Assembly (NCBI GenBank): GCA_977862235.1
Contig: OZ374564.1
Location: forward strand, 1,860,001-1,924,000
DNA: 64,000 nt
From: Dudresnaya verticillata
Taxonomy: Eukaryota
Direction of reading: 5' to 3'
Position numbers and translations under genes: made by a program. This document shows positions 32,944-45,764 of the stretch, one piece after another. The notes beneath the pieces are model-generated. The model ran no database searches, was not told the origin of the DNA, and saw nothing but the letters and a program-made list of their open reading frames with translations. Position 1 is the first letter of the stretch. Each line of letters begins with the position of its first letter.

Positions 32944-35613
32944 ATGCCGACTTCCAACGGCGAGACCACCCGACCGGGATTGACCAGTCGTGGTGGAAGC
33001 CGTTCCGGCAGTCTTTCCTCCGTGAGGACAATTGGGACGAGAACCCGTGCGGCCGTCGCCGCTCTTGCCCAAAATCCTTTAGTAGGAGAAGTGGAACGCC
33101 CGCCCCGAATGGCGGGCGCTCCAGGAGATGAGGAACCACCTGTTCCAGGGAAGGGACAGGTCCCGAATGAAGAAAACACGGTCAGGACCGCTTCCGCAAG
33201 CGCCGCCAACTACGGCGCGAATGAGGGTTCTGACCCTAGAATGCCGCCGCCGCCCATCAGTCAGGCTAGCCAGCACGGGACGGGCGTACAGGCCCTAGAA
33301 GATGTGACGTCGTCATCATTGCCCCCGGACATAGGGGTACCAATGAGAACGAAAGCCAATTCGACCGACCAACGGTGTTTCTCCGAACGCGAGATAGGCC
33401 AGATGGTCGAATTGGGCATCGAAAATGCTCTCGTCACGAGCGTCCGAGCGTTGCTTGAGAGTCAAGCTGACGAAACCCTCTCGAGGGTGAAGCGTTATTT
33501 CGACGACTCTACAGCCCGCCGGGGCGATCAATTGTTGGCAAAAGTCCAACAAGAGATCGATTCTCGATGTCGACAAACCTCCTCTCGAGGAGCAGACGAA
33601 GAACGGGTCGAGACCCTACAAGCCCAGGGCGATTCCTTGGGGGACCAATTAGACTTGGTCCACCAGGAATTAGACCAGGTTACAACGGATGCCGACCGTT
33701 CGAGACAAGAAGCCGCTTTGGCTATTTCAGACGCCCAGTTGGGCGTAGACAACACTCGTTGTGTTGAACAAGACAGACGCATCGAGCTCCTCCAACAGGA
33801 GCTCGATGCGGAAAAGCGTCGAGTCGCTATGATTGCAGCACAAATGCGGCGACTCAACCGCGAAAGGGAAGTCGTCCCTGAGATAATGCGCCGTCGTTCG
33901 CCAGTGCCTCGAGGCACGCGAGACCGTCGCAGAAGGTTACCCCACCTCGGGTCAGGCCCCGAATCTCAAGACGATGAGGAAATGGCCCGGTGTCCAAATC
34001 ACTGGGGGTGTAATTGCAGCCGACCGAGTCAACCTCGGTCTCGCCCCGATAGGCATTCTAGCCATCGACATGGCGGGGACCCCCATCAGGAACCATATCC
34101 TACCTCAGGTCCGTCCGAGGACGAAGCGCCGCAGTCAAGAACTTTCTCCAGACCCTCCTGGTCTTCTTGGAAGGGACCCCGGCGTTCCGATTTGAAGGAG
34201 TTGATTCCGAGGAACCCTGCCTTCATACCCGTACTTTCATACAGGAGGTATAGGTTGTTGAACCTGGATGACTATCGGGGACCCGAAGGCACGGAGACTA
34301 CGACGAAGAAGATAAAACGGGTGAAAACCGTGATGAGAAGTCGCCGGCTCGACGGAAGTGACCCAGTATCCATTATTGGATTTCTCGCAACGCTGAAACG
34401 ACAGCTGGACCAAGCTCACATTAGTGAAGGAGCAGCTATCCTTGTCATCCCAGAATTTCTGGAGAAAGATGCCAAAGACATGTTTGAAGCGAACTTCGAC
34501 GCTGCAGGAGATGATAATGGTGGATTCACCGAATGGGCCGAGGCCGTCAATTACCTTCTTCGCACGTATGCGAAAGACATCTACATCGAGAGGATCGCCT
34601 CTGATATGGACACGATGGCACAAGAGCCGAATCAGGACGAGGTCACCTTCTCTCGATGGTTGCAAAATCAGGCGCGACGAGTCGCTGGGGTCTACACAGA
34701 GCAAGACTTAATAACACGCTTTATTAGGGGTCTTCTCCCCGCGGTGAAGCCGCTGCTGAGCACTACCTCTCTGGATCCACGCACCGCCCGTTTGGCAGAT
34801 TATGTCGAGCTGGCCATCGCCCAGGGAGATTCTCATCGTGCCCTAGTGGGTGGTAGCCGAGCGAAGAAAGCGACCTCGACGCTGCACAGGAAAACCCTCG
34901 CGAAGGTACGGACGCACAAACCTGGCCGGGCACTGCTCATTCGCCAGTCGAGGCGGTCGGGAGCATCTGACTCCGAATCCTCAAAGAGTAGCGACTCTGA
35001 GGACGACAACGAAGATGCCGTCGTCGCGGCTATAGATGAGGAAGCGCCACCATCGACGGCAACCCAATCAGACAGCTGGTCCTCCGGGCAGTACCCCTAT
35101 TGCCAGCCATATTATGGCGAAGTGGATGCGGTCATCCAAAACTACAACCATAGGCTCCCAGCCTAGGCTCAGCCAACAAGGACGCAGCGTCCTGGATGGC
35201 AGACGGTCTAGGACCAACCAAACGACATCTGCTTTGAGTGTTGTGGCGTCGGCCATAAAAGGCCAAACTGCCCTCACCTGGCGCGTACGGACGAACATTC
35301 TTTAGAGACTCTAAAAAGGAAGCAGTTCCAAGCGCTCTCGCATGAGCAGAAGGCATGGTTGGCAACTGTGGGGCGACTACCCTACTTCGCAAGTGGACCG
35401 GCCTCGACAGGCCAAGCGATTGGGCCACCGACAGGCACGCGTCAAAATATGGGGACGGGCGCCGGCGGAAATAGGCAAGTTCAATTTCATTCGGGTCTGA
35501 ATCACCCCATCGACGCGCCAAGGCAAGCGCCGCGGTCACCAAGACCAGGGTCACGACCCTTTCCGCCACCACCACCGTTACCACGGTCACCCGCGCTCAA
35601 GGCAAAAAACTAG
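32944..35613 (+). pseudogene. gag: Element A gag, with two in-frame TAG stops near 35164-35211
   Basis: Coiled-coil region; capsid-like DGSDPVSIIGFL...LITRFIRGL; the same frame continues past the stops to the zinc knuckle CFECCGVGHKRPNC and ends ALKAKN*. Confidence 0.88.
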
Positions 35614-35670
35614 AGAGGGGGGAACCGGTTTCAGTTGACCCGATCACTCAGGTTACATCGGAACCCCCCC
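35604..35670 (+). other. Candidate -1 ribosomal frameshift signal (A AAA AAC plus downstream G6/C7 stem)
   Basis: The slippery heptamer sits directly before the gag stop; the -1 frame stays open for 58 codons into the protease ORF at 35784. Confidence 0.75.
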
Positions 35671-38600
35671 ATCGATTCGCTGAACGCAGCTTCACTAGCA
35701 CAAGCTTCGACAGCTTCTCCACGGATCGACCGGTTTCACATGAGAATGTCGCTTCTGTTCCGAAGAACATCTTAACCCGCCCCATGGGCTTACCCCGTGG
35801 GCGTACATATGACGAGTATTGTAAGGACCCAGTCTGTTCCTTGTCACGCTACAACTATAAAGTTGCTGCGTCCGTCGGGACTTCTGTGGACCAACTCACT
35901 CGAGTACTATCCGTATTGGATACAGGGGCTGGCCCTAATCTGATCCGGGCGGAAGTTCTTTCTCCGGAAGAAAGGAAACGCATCTCGACGAACAGGTCGA
36001 TCGTCAGCTTGAAGTCTGCGTCAAGTCATAGACTAACTACACTGGGAACCATCTCGCTGGTTGTACGCGTGGGCTCATACACGGTTCGACAACCTTTTGT
36101 TGTCGTCAAGGCGCTTGCAGTGGACGCCATCCTGGGATGCACGTTTATCGCTACCCACGTCGAGGGGTTACGTGTTCGGAAACAGAATATCGTTCTCCGA
36201 GACGGGTCGATACACCCTATCCTAAGGCGCCGTTGCGGCATACCCCGTAAAGGTCCACCCTCAGAACCAATGGATGTCCCTCCTTTAACTACCTCGCGAC
36301 TAATACGCGTCGCCACACGCACTAACTTACCGCCGGGCAGTGAGACATGGGTCGCCGTGACCTGCTCGGCCCAAGGAACGCACTTCCTAGAATCATTTCC
36401 ACGGTTATACGACCGGTAACGCGTGGTCGTGACCAACGGTATCGTCGATCTACAATCGAATCGGCTCTTCCGTGTGAAGGTTGCGAACTTCTCGCCGCGC
36501 ATGCAGCAGCTTCAGAAGAATCAAAGCCTCGGAAAGGCTGTACCGGCGCCCACCCGGACGCCGGTGTACGCTGTTTCCATCGAGGAATCTGATCCTGACC
36601 TCAATCCTGGCACCTCCGTGTCCAGTCCTCAACCGGACACATTCCCCGATGTGGGGGGGGCGGGACTCGCTGCTGCTCTTGGTAGCGAAGGCACAAAGCC
36701 TGGAATTAAAACAGCAACCTCAACACCGTCTCCCATGTCAGTTGATGACTTGGCACTGGAGCACCTGTCCGAGCCGGACCGTCGTCGAGTACGAAAAATG
36801 CTCCGACCGTTCGCCGGTATGTGGGACGGTCAGCTGGGAACAATCAAGGTGACGAAGCACCGAATTGAACTACAAGAAGTTTCGAAACCTGTATTCTCGC
36901 AACCCTATCGGTCGGGCCCGAAAGCTAGACAAGTTGAACAAGACGAAGTAGACAAGATGCTAAAAGAAGGCGTCATCGAGCCTGCTCGCACGGAGTTCGC
37001 AAGCCCCGTAGTGCTGGTCAAGAAACCCGATGGCTCACTACGTTTCTGCGTCGATTACCGCAAGCTCAACGCTATCACAGTGAAAGACACTTACCCTCTC
37101 CCGCGGATGGACGAGTGTCTGGACTCGCTGGGAAACGCCCAATACTTTACAACCTTGGATTGTAATTCCGGGTATTGGCAAATTCCAGTCGAGGAAGATG
37201 ACAAGCACAAAACGGCTTTCACTTGCCATGCCGGATGTTTCCAGTTTTGCAGAATGCCCTTCGGGCTCTGTAACGCTCCTGCGACCTTTCAACGTACGGT
37301 TGATATCCTACTCTCCGGATTCAGGTGGAAAACCTGTTTAGTCTATTTGGACGACATCATTATATTCTCGACGACGGTCGACGAACACCTCAAACACGTG
37401 AAGGACATTCTAGAAGTACTTCAAGAAGCAGGCGTTTCGCTGAAACTAAAGAAGTGCAACTTCTTCACGAAGAGCGTTGATTACTTAGGGCACGTGATCC
37501 GCCCAGGATTGCTGGAAGTGGTAACCAAGAATACCCAAGCCGTCGAAGGGTTTAAGGAGCCGAAGACTCAGACCCAGTTACGGTCATTTATTGGAATATG
37601 TAATGTGTACAGGCGCTTCGTGCCTAACTTCGCGCGCGTGGCGGCCTCGCTCAATGCACTCCTACAAAAGGATCAGGGCTTCGAGTTGCCAACGTTCGAC
37701 GAACGTCAGCGAGAAGCGTTTGAACTTCTCGAGAAAGCGTTAGTCGCTCCACCGATACTGCGGCTCCCTCAAGAAGGTAAGGCTCTCTCCCTCGACACGG
37801 ACGCCTGTGATTACCAAATCGGGTGCGCATTGATGCAGATGGAAGAGGATGGCACCCGACATCCCATAGGGTTTTGGAGCCGCGGCCTAACGAAGGCGGA
37901 AAAGAACTACTCGGTAGGCGAGAAAGAATGCCTAGCAGTGGTCTGGGCAACGCAGATGCTTCGTCCATATTTGGAACGGTCCCACTTTGACCTGTATACG
38001 GCTCATCAAGCTTTAAAATGGATGATGAGTATGACCGATGCTTCAGGGCGACTGGCCCGTTGGAGGCTACGCCTGTTGGAATATGATTTCACGGTACAAT
38101 ACCGAAAAGGAAAGAAGAATCAGATCGCTGATGCCGTCTCTCGGCTGCCAACCTACGGCTTTACCCAGTGGGAACCGGACCTCGAGATCCCCTGTTTTGT
38201 AATCGCAGACGATCGAAGGGACGCCTGCGACGAACGGTCGTCAACCTGGAAACCGCGAACGGGTGCACCACCCCGACCCTTAGAGGTTTGGGAAATCGAA
38301 CCTTGGGACGACGACCCTTCGGATGACGAACAGCTAATAGCTCAGGTGGCCGACAAAGAGTCAGGCCAGAAGGGTCTCTCCCTAATAACGGTGGAGGAGT
38401 TGCTCCGAGAACAGAAGTCCGATGACTTTTGTATGTGGGTCCGACGGAACCTCGAGACGGGTAAACCCGGTTGCTACCTCGAAGATGAGCGCGGGCTCCT
38501 AGTGCGTAAGTCATACATCGACCGCGCGCTACAGGTACTCGTACCTAGATCGCTGAAAGAAAAGGTTCTACACCTAGCGCACTACCCGGATTTGGCCGGC

Positions 38601-40091
38601 CACCCGGGTGGCACCAGGATGTATCACAACCTTCGACGTCAAGTATATTGGCCCGAAATGTCTCTCGATGTTTACGCGACAGTAAGAAATTGCGTCAAGT
38701 GCGCACAAGAACGCGTCCAGCTTCGACAGCATACTTCCCACATGAAGCTATTCCCGGCAACACTGCCTTTGGAATTCGTAGGGATCGACATCCTTGGGCC
38801 CCTGCCCCGTTCAGGCAAAGGAAATGAGTTCCTCCTAGTCATGACTGACAGATTCTCAAAGCTCACGCGAGCAATCCCGTTGAAGACAGTGACGGCCTAT
38901 ACGGTGGCCAAGGCTTTCTGCGAGCATTGGGTTTTCATATACGGTCCACTCCGTTACGTCCTTTCGGACAATGGCTCGCAATTCGCGTCCAAGTTCTTCC
39001 TCGCGGTGTGCGACATCCTTCGAATTAGGACTATGTTTACGTCAACCTATCATCCGCAGACGAACGGTCAGACGGAACGATTTAATCGTACCCTCCTAGC
39101 GGGTTTGCGACACTTCATCGCCGAAGATCAGAAAGACTGGGACGAGTTTACCTCTGCATTAACGTACGCGTATAACACTACTGTGCATCGGGCTACAGGC
39201 CTGGCGCCCTTCGATCTGGTGTTATCTAACCCCCCGACATCCATCTTAATGGAACAAGCCGAGACAGTGGACGTCGACCACGTGCCGGCGACTAATGTTA
39301 AGAAGCGGCTGACTTTACGCTTAGAGAAGCTGATGGATACGGCCTTACCGCGGATGAAGTTAGCACAACGGCGCTATGAAACGAATTTCAATAATCGGAT
39401 TCGATCAGCTAACCAGAAAGTGAGACCTGGGTCTTGGGTTTTCCTCGAGAGGGAAACGAAGGTGAAGGACGCTTCAGGTGTGGCCCGCGAAGGGAAGTTG
39501 TTCCCTAAGGCTCTCGGGCCGTATAAGGTTCTAGAACGTGGAACGCACGTTGTCGTTCTAGAAATCAAAGGAGATAGAGATACGATATCTCTGGACCGGG
39601 TTACCTTGGCCCCCTCGCCGCATGAAGAACCAAGCGCGCAGGGTCAAGACCCTTCAGTAGTGGACCTCACGCCACGAGGCACAAATGCGGATAGCGATCC
39701 TCACACTACCGAGAGACAGGAAGTTACCGATATTACGGATAATCCGACTCTCGCGGTGCCGCCTGCTGATGGGACATCCATACCAAGTCCCGAAGAGACA
39801 GTGGCTGCGGCCCCTCCCGATCCGGATCGCGATCCTAGAACCGCCGCGCCCAACACTTCGGCGACAATGCGGAACGACCCCTCTTCCCAGCGGAAGTTTT
39901 CCCTTTTTAAGAAAGCGCCGCCGCGCGAGCAAGTTTACGACCGTATTGTGTCTTACGAAGCTGATCGACGCCTCTACCGTGTTCGGTGGTTTCAGCTCCC
40001 AGCCTCCGAAGACACCTGGGAGCCCAAGGAACATCTTCCTCATAACTTGGTGGCAAGGTGCCATCGAGTCAAAGGGGTCGCTCTCCCGTAA
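35610..40091 (+). pseudogene. pol: Element A pol: PR-RT-RNaseH-integrase-chromodomain, one in-frame TAA at 36417-36419
   Basis: VLDTGAGPNL; YLDD; DACDYQIG; HHCC region; DILGP, SDNG, QTERFNR; GPYKV; chromodomain YDRIVSY...YRVRW...EDTWEPKEHL. Confidence 0.95.
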
Positions 40092-41349
40092 TAAGCGTCT
40101 CACGGTAGACCAATCGCTCAAGAAGAGCAAGAGCGCCGAGAAGAGGCCAGATCCGGCCCTGCAGACTCAGGTGGCAGTTGCGAATAAGCGCCTAACGAGG
40201 TTAACCCGTTGTGGATGACAAGCACTACGCTCTGCAGTGGCGATAACAAGAACGGCCAATGGGCCTGTGTATAACAATAGGGAATGGGAATGACCATTCC
40301 CCCTTTAAGCTTTTGAGCTGACTAATAACAAACTGTATAGATGAAATTGGAAGAGTCAAGACTCTGGAAATGGATAGATGTGGAAAGGAAGACATGGAAG
40401 AATCAAGATTCTGGATAGAAGACGTGTACATAAGTCAAACACATATATGTGTGAATCGAGGGAAAACCCGAGTAAGTGAGTCGTGCTAACAAGAGGGAGA
40501 ATCGTGATTCTGTGCCTAGAAGCATGGCTGCCACAATACAACCCAGCAGCACCCTCTGGCGCTACCGACGCGTTGGCAGGGGGAAAACCCCCCTGATGGC
40601 AACCCTGGCTAAGGCCAATGGAGGCTATTATCAGATCGCCTAAAACTCGGCCGTGGGGCCATCGCCTAAAAATTGATGAGCCCTGACCACCGGCTGAAAA
40701 CGTGCTTCACGTGAGCCTCTCGCCTTTAGTCCCACCCTCGACGGGATGAGAGAAGCAAGGAGTGCGTAAAGACGCATGAGTCTCAGCGTGCACGCCAATA
40801 GGATGGCTGGTCGGCGATGAAGACGGCCTTGGCGCCAAAAACCTCTACAGTGCATCATCTCGCTACTGTAGAGAGAGATTTCCGTCGCTGATAGGCCCTC
40901 CTAGCCTGGGAGGCGGAATGAAATGCCCAATGAGGGCGCGCTAACTGGGCGCGAGACGCAGCAAGTACAGTGTTCCCGATGCTACTGTGGGCCAGCGTCT
41001 CCCCCTCTCGGGCACTACGCCGCATTGCTGGCACCCTCTCACTCCTCGAGTGGCACCAGAGAGGCGGATTGATTACCCAATAAGGGGGTTGTCCTACGGC
41101 GCGTGGCGAAGACACCGTCGCGTGGAGCGAGGTTCCCTACCTGTAGGTGCTCCGGCTATTACGCTGGCACTGCCCGATGCGATGAAATCCGCTAAGTCCC
41201 CGATGGGATAGGACGGAGTCGCCAAGTCGCATAACGCCACCGCGCACGCCTTCCACAGGCAAGGGGGTCAAGCATACAAGACGAATTTATTTAGCGGACC
41301 AGCCGCTCGCAAGTCTAAGGCATGGAGCCTGGAGTCGACGCGCTACGCG

Positions 41350-42525
41350 CTAATCGGAAAGAAGGTCAATGACCTCATTCTCCTCAAGTGGAGGGTTAGG
41401 CCCAGACGGCGCACGCGTCGTCGTGACGCGGCGCACTTCGCGCACAATGCGCGCTCCATGCCCACGACGAGGGCCGCGACCACGACGTCCACCAAAGCCT
41501 TCACTGGCTGCGCCATCACGTCCTAAACCCTGCCCCTCGATATCCATGGGTGAGCCTTCATGCTCACCCTCGCCCCCCATGGGCTGTATCTCATCCTCTT
41601 CCTTGAAGAGTAGCTCCGTCTTGACGAGGACTTCGGAGGTCTCCGGAGCCAACGCCGATGGCTGGACCACGTCCCCTGCAGGCGTAACGTCGCCATCCCT
41701 CGCCTCAGAAGAATTAAGCGGAGGCTGGTGAGCCGGAACGCTCCCAGCCGCGGAAGGCGTCGTGGTTGTCGGAAGATGAGGGTCAACACCCGATGAGATC
41801 CTACCCGGAATTCCCGCCTGGCTGCGATCAGCCGGTGAAGCTTCACTAGCCTCCTCTGGGGCCGCGGTAGGAGTTGCTCCAGAAGGCCCCGCCAACGCCG
41901 TTGCGGAAGTCCTGGGCTGACGAGCCGGTTGAGTAGGCATCTCCAGGTGATCCTCGCGAGGAATTTTGCTGGCATCAGCCTCCGTGGCTTCGCGGGCGTC
42001 AAGACCTAACTTGGCACCAATCGCCCCTTGGGCTACTGCGACTGGGCGCTGTGGGTGACCAAGCACCTTTCGGCTCTTCTTGCCAACACCACCTGTGGGG
42101 TTTCCAGCTTCTTCAGCTTTAACACCACCCAAAGGCGGTAACGCCTGAAGATGCGCCCGAAGGCGGGCTTGCTCCACGGGACCCGGAGTCTCGATCCAAT
42201 GCGCCTCGTATTCGGCTAAAACCTCCTCGAACCAGTCCGCTAAGCTCGACACAGTGAGGCTGTGGATATTCCAATGCACTGCCAACCTGATGGCCAACCC
42301 GCGATGATTGAACACGTCGCTGATTTCCGCAACGGCGCGTGAGATTGGGCTGCGAAGCGCAAACGGCGCGTGGAGAAGCTTGAATATGACGCGTGCAGGC
42401 ACGCGGGACGGAAGAAAGCACCCAACGGGGAGGGAAGAGCGACGGTGTGCATTGTGGTAAGCCGAGATAGGCGGAGGTGACGGCAGAGGCGCGCCCACAC
42501 GCGCATGAAATAAGCAGCCGCTCAC
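41350..42525 (-). CDS. Antisense accessory ORF of element A, ~391 aa, function unknown
   Basis: Open for 1.17 kb between pol and the 3' LTR; helical N-terminal part, disordered acidic/RG-rich C-terminus; AATAAA on the minus strand at 41286-41291. No early in-frame ATG. Confidence 0.6.
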   Translation of the reverse strand: MSGCLFHARVGAPLPSPPPISAYHNAHRRSSLPVGCFLPSRVPARVIFKLLHAPFALRSPISRAVAEISDVFNHRGLAIRLAVHWNIHSLTVSSLADWFEEVLAEYEAHWIETPGPVEQARLRAHLQALPPLGGVKAEEAGNPTGGVGKKSRKVLGHPQRPVAVAQGAIGAKLGLDAREATEADASKIPREDHLEMPTQPARQPRTSATALAGPSGATPTAAPEEASEASPADRSQAGIPGRISSGVDPHLPTTTTPSAAGSVPAHQPPLNSSEARDGDVTPAGDVVQPSALAPETSEVLVKTELLFKEEDEIQPMGGEGEHEGSPMDIEGQGLGRDGAASEGFGGRRGRGPRRGHGARIVREVRRVTTTRAPSGPNPPLEENEVIDLLSD

Positions 42526-42751
42526 GGCTTTCGCGCGAAAGCGATAATGGATTCTCGTCGAGACGGGGAATCCGAAGCCGGATGGGCGTGCTATGATTTG
42601 TCGCCCTCGCGCGTCGCGAGACGGGCGTTTTGGTGGCGGTTACATCCGCCCTCAACGGGCCGTTTGGGACGTCCACACGCGTCCGCACGACAGGGCCAAT
42701 GGAAACAGCCTTGCTGGCTTCGCGGGTCTCTCAGCTTTAGAGAGGGGGCCG

Positions 42752-43441
42752 TGTGGTACAATGAGCCGCCAGCGGCTGTAAGCACGTACACGTGTTTTGC
42801 GCCTGTAATGCGCGGGCAATACTGCGCGTGGCATGCGCCTGTAAGGCGCCGCCCGTACTGCCGCCCTGTAAGGCCCAGTGCATTGCTGGCCACTCCATAT
42901 GCATTGCTGGGAACAGCACGGCGCCAATGAGATGGCTAGCTGTGATTGGCTGATTTACCATGGCCTTACGCGCAGGAGCGCGCCCGAGTCATAAGCACCT
43001 TACGTGCGCAGGGCGGAGTACGACCGCTCACTACCTCATTGTAATTATTAACGCTAACTTCAATAGCTTAGAATAGGAATAGCGGCGAAGGCGCTTTCGG
43101 CCTTCGCCATATTTATTGCGCCCCTGACTAGCAGGGGTCTGCTGAATAGAACCCAACGGTGGGTTTCGGGTCTGTACCCTTTCTTTGGTCTACACGGGCT
43201 CACCGTACTCCCCCTTCCAGGTGCTTTACAAGCTTTAGCCTCGTACGGCTTTGTACTCTACGAGTGCTAGGGTGGCGCCGCCCCTTTTTCCCTTTCTTTC
43301 AGGCCCGCTGGCCTTTTCCCCTTTTCCCTCAAAGTCTCTACCAACTCCCCATTGAGCTACCCTCGTTAGGGTGTGTGCGCGCACGGGACAGCTGTCCTTG
43401 CCGTTTAGCGGGCTACTGGCTCGTCGCGCCATACTACTACA
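42752..43441 (+). repeat. Element A 3' LTR (690 bp)
   Basis: Copy of 31763-32453, preceded by the PPT and followed by TSD ACTGG. Confidence 0.97.
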
Positions 43442-43446
43442 ACTGG

Positions 43447-43801
43447 GCGGGCGGTTAACCGGGCACGGGTGCCAGGTGTGCTGCGGTGCCGATAGCTTGG
43501 AGACGTAGTTGGGGCCGGAAGGTGCTTCCTTTACTGTGCAGTGACCGCTACGGGAGATACCCTTAAATGGCACTCCGACTGTCAGGCAGCACCCCTTATA
43601 CTGGGCTATATACACGCCCCCTATCCTAAGCTATAATTTCTAAAATAAATAGACAGATACTAAGCTACTGACCTACATAGTGACACTTGGACCAATCATA
43701 GACTACCCGTCTTATCCCTTTTCGCGCCCTATAGGTAACTCTAATTCAGCGCATACACGAGGGCAGAGGGCCCACCTCTGTAAGCCCTTCACTGTACTAT
43801 A
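43447..43801 (-). repeat. Element B 3' LTR, right fragment
   Basis: Continues the B LTR after element A; 163+355 = 518 bp versus 519 bp for the intact LTR. Confidence 0.92.
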
Positions 43802-44116
43802 GAGCTCCCCTGAGATTGCGGCCCGTCCTCCGGACGCCAGGGCAGTCTGCACGTGACACGCGCGAAATCATAACCGTTTGGTATCCAGACGGCTCAACTC
43901 CCATGACCTTCGTCGGCCCGCAATCGATCCCGGGCGCAGCAGTACTTCTCTTCCGCTGCATCACCACCTCAAAGGTTTTTCCAACATGTTCCCACGCCAA
44001 TCGCAACCAACACCACGCCACTCGCCACCACGCCGCCCCGCCACCATCGTCTCTCCAACCCTGACATTGTCTTTCCAGTCACACCTTGCGTACGCCGCGG
44101 AGCTTACTACGCCGCG

Positions 44117-45764
44117 ATGGCACAGCCTTCTCCCATGGATGGCCACGGTGGGTTGTCGGCGATTTCCAATCAGGAGGTGCTAGAGCAGTTTCCACCCCAA
44201 GTGAAATACAGTGAAGGGCTTGCAGAATTGGGCCCTCTGCCCTCGTGTACGCGCTGAAATAGCGTTACCTATAGGGCGCCAACAGAGATAAGACGGGTAG
44301 TCTATGATTGGTCCAAGTGTCACCATGTAGGTCAGTAGCTTAGTATATGTCTATTTTTTTAGAAATTATAGCTTAGGATAGGGGGCGTGTATATAGCCTA
44401 GTATGAGTGGTGCTGCCTGAAAGTCGGAGTACCATATAAGGGTATCTCCCGTAGCGGTCACTGCACAGTAAAGGAAGCACCTTCCGGCCCCAACTACGTC
44501 TCCAAGCTATCGGCACCGCAGCACACCTGTCACCCGTGCCCGGTTAACCGCCCGCCCAGTGAACTACCTTCAGTATCGTGCTTCCAATCAGGTTACGTGC
44601 CCTCGTCTACCCTCTGGGTTCCTCCCGCTCTACCACCGCTACCAGGTACCCGCTCTGTGGCTTTCTCATTGAGTGCACTCTTTGAGTTCACAAGAGACCT
44701 AAAAGGTACTTCCTTACACCAAGGTTACTTCGTGGACACCAACCCAGATACATACCGCTTCCGGTCGATCCCCGAAGGTATGCGCGAGACTTCAGGGCAT
44801 GGGACGCGAGCGAGGGCCGCGCGTCGGGGCATTGGGGCGAGCCCAGGGACACCGAACCCACAAGCGGCACCGGAGACAGTAACGCAAATGCGTGAGGCCC
44901 GTCCGGCTACACCCACACGGGCAACCTCCACTGGCGTACCCCCGATGGTAACTCCTGTGGCAGCGACTCGTCGAGCTAACCCATTGGTTTCGCCGAGTGG
45001 TCCCTCTGGTACAGCGACGGCCCCATCGGGATCGACTCTGCCTGCCTCGGTTCACCTTCGGGTTGGGCGACTTCAAGAGGCATGTCGCGTTGCGAAAATC
45101 CCGATACCGGCTACCTTAGAGGATGCTCTGGACGCCGCTCGGGAGTAGGTGTCGAAGGAGGCACTCCTGGTTTGGTTACTCCGGGAGGTGACCCACATGG
45201 GGAACTTCCAAGTGAACCAGCTGGGTACCCACATGGCGACGATGGACCGTTTGGGAACCGAAGTACCAACCCTCAGGGCGTCTCTTTGGAGTGGGCGCAG
45301 CGATGTCGCAGAACTCCACGAGTTTTGTTACTTCCTGCAACAAGTTCACCCGAGAGGTATTGCGCAAGAGCGATCTCCAGCCGAGGACTCTAGCCCGTGG
45401 TGCGGCCGGTTCACTTACCCAAGTGGTGAACTACCAACTGGGTGACCCTTTGACTCTGGCATCGCCGGGGCCGACTCAGGGAGTTGAGCAGTCCGCTGTC
45501 CCTGAGGACATTACCAACGTGGTTATGAGGGAGCAGCCCAAGAAGGCTCCAACTGGCTCTTCTACCTATCAGTTAACGCAGCCCCTTCCTACCGAGGTCG
45601 GTACCAATGTGGCTTCTCCCGTGGAGGCAGTGAGTCGAGCGGCGCTGCGCGAGGCGACTCCTAGAGTTACTACGCCAGCGGTGGCTCGTCGGGCGTCTCC
45701 TTTCCAACCCCGTCGCCGTGCGTCTTCACGTTCGGGTGACTTCGAGGGGTCGGTTGAGAAGTAG
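44117..45764 (+). pseudogene. Antisense accessory ORF of element B, disrupted by a solo LTR, one stop and one frameshift
   Basis: Removing 44202-44723 restores the in-frame sequence MAQPSPMDG...EQFPPQG|YFVDTNPD...; TAG at 45146-45148; frameshift near 45350; stop at 45764; AATAAA at 45809-45814. Confidence 0.65.
44202..44718 (+). mobile_element. Solo LTR of family B (517 bp), inverted relative to its host
   Basis: Reverse complement of the B LTR; TG...CTTACA; TSD CCAAG at 44197-44201 and 44719-44723. Confidence 0.95.

Larger units (their letters stand above)
31763..43441 (+). mobile_element. Ty3/gypsy chromovirus element A, full length and young
   Basis: LTRs 31763-32453 and 42752-43441 (TG...CA; I counted 4 differences); TSD ACTGG at 31758-31762 and 43442-43446; PBS at 32455; PPT AGAGAGGGGGCCG at 42739-42751. 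Confidence 0.97.

Noticed and set aside
41350..42525. env gene of an endogenous retrovirus-like element
   Set aside because: It is antisense to pol and has no signal peptide, transmembrane helix or fusion-peptide pattern.
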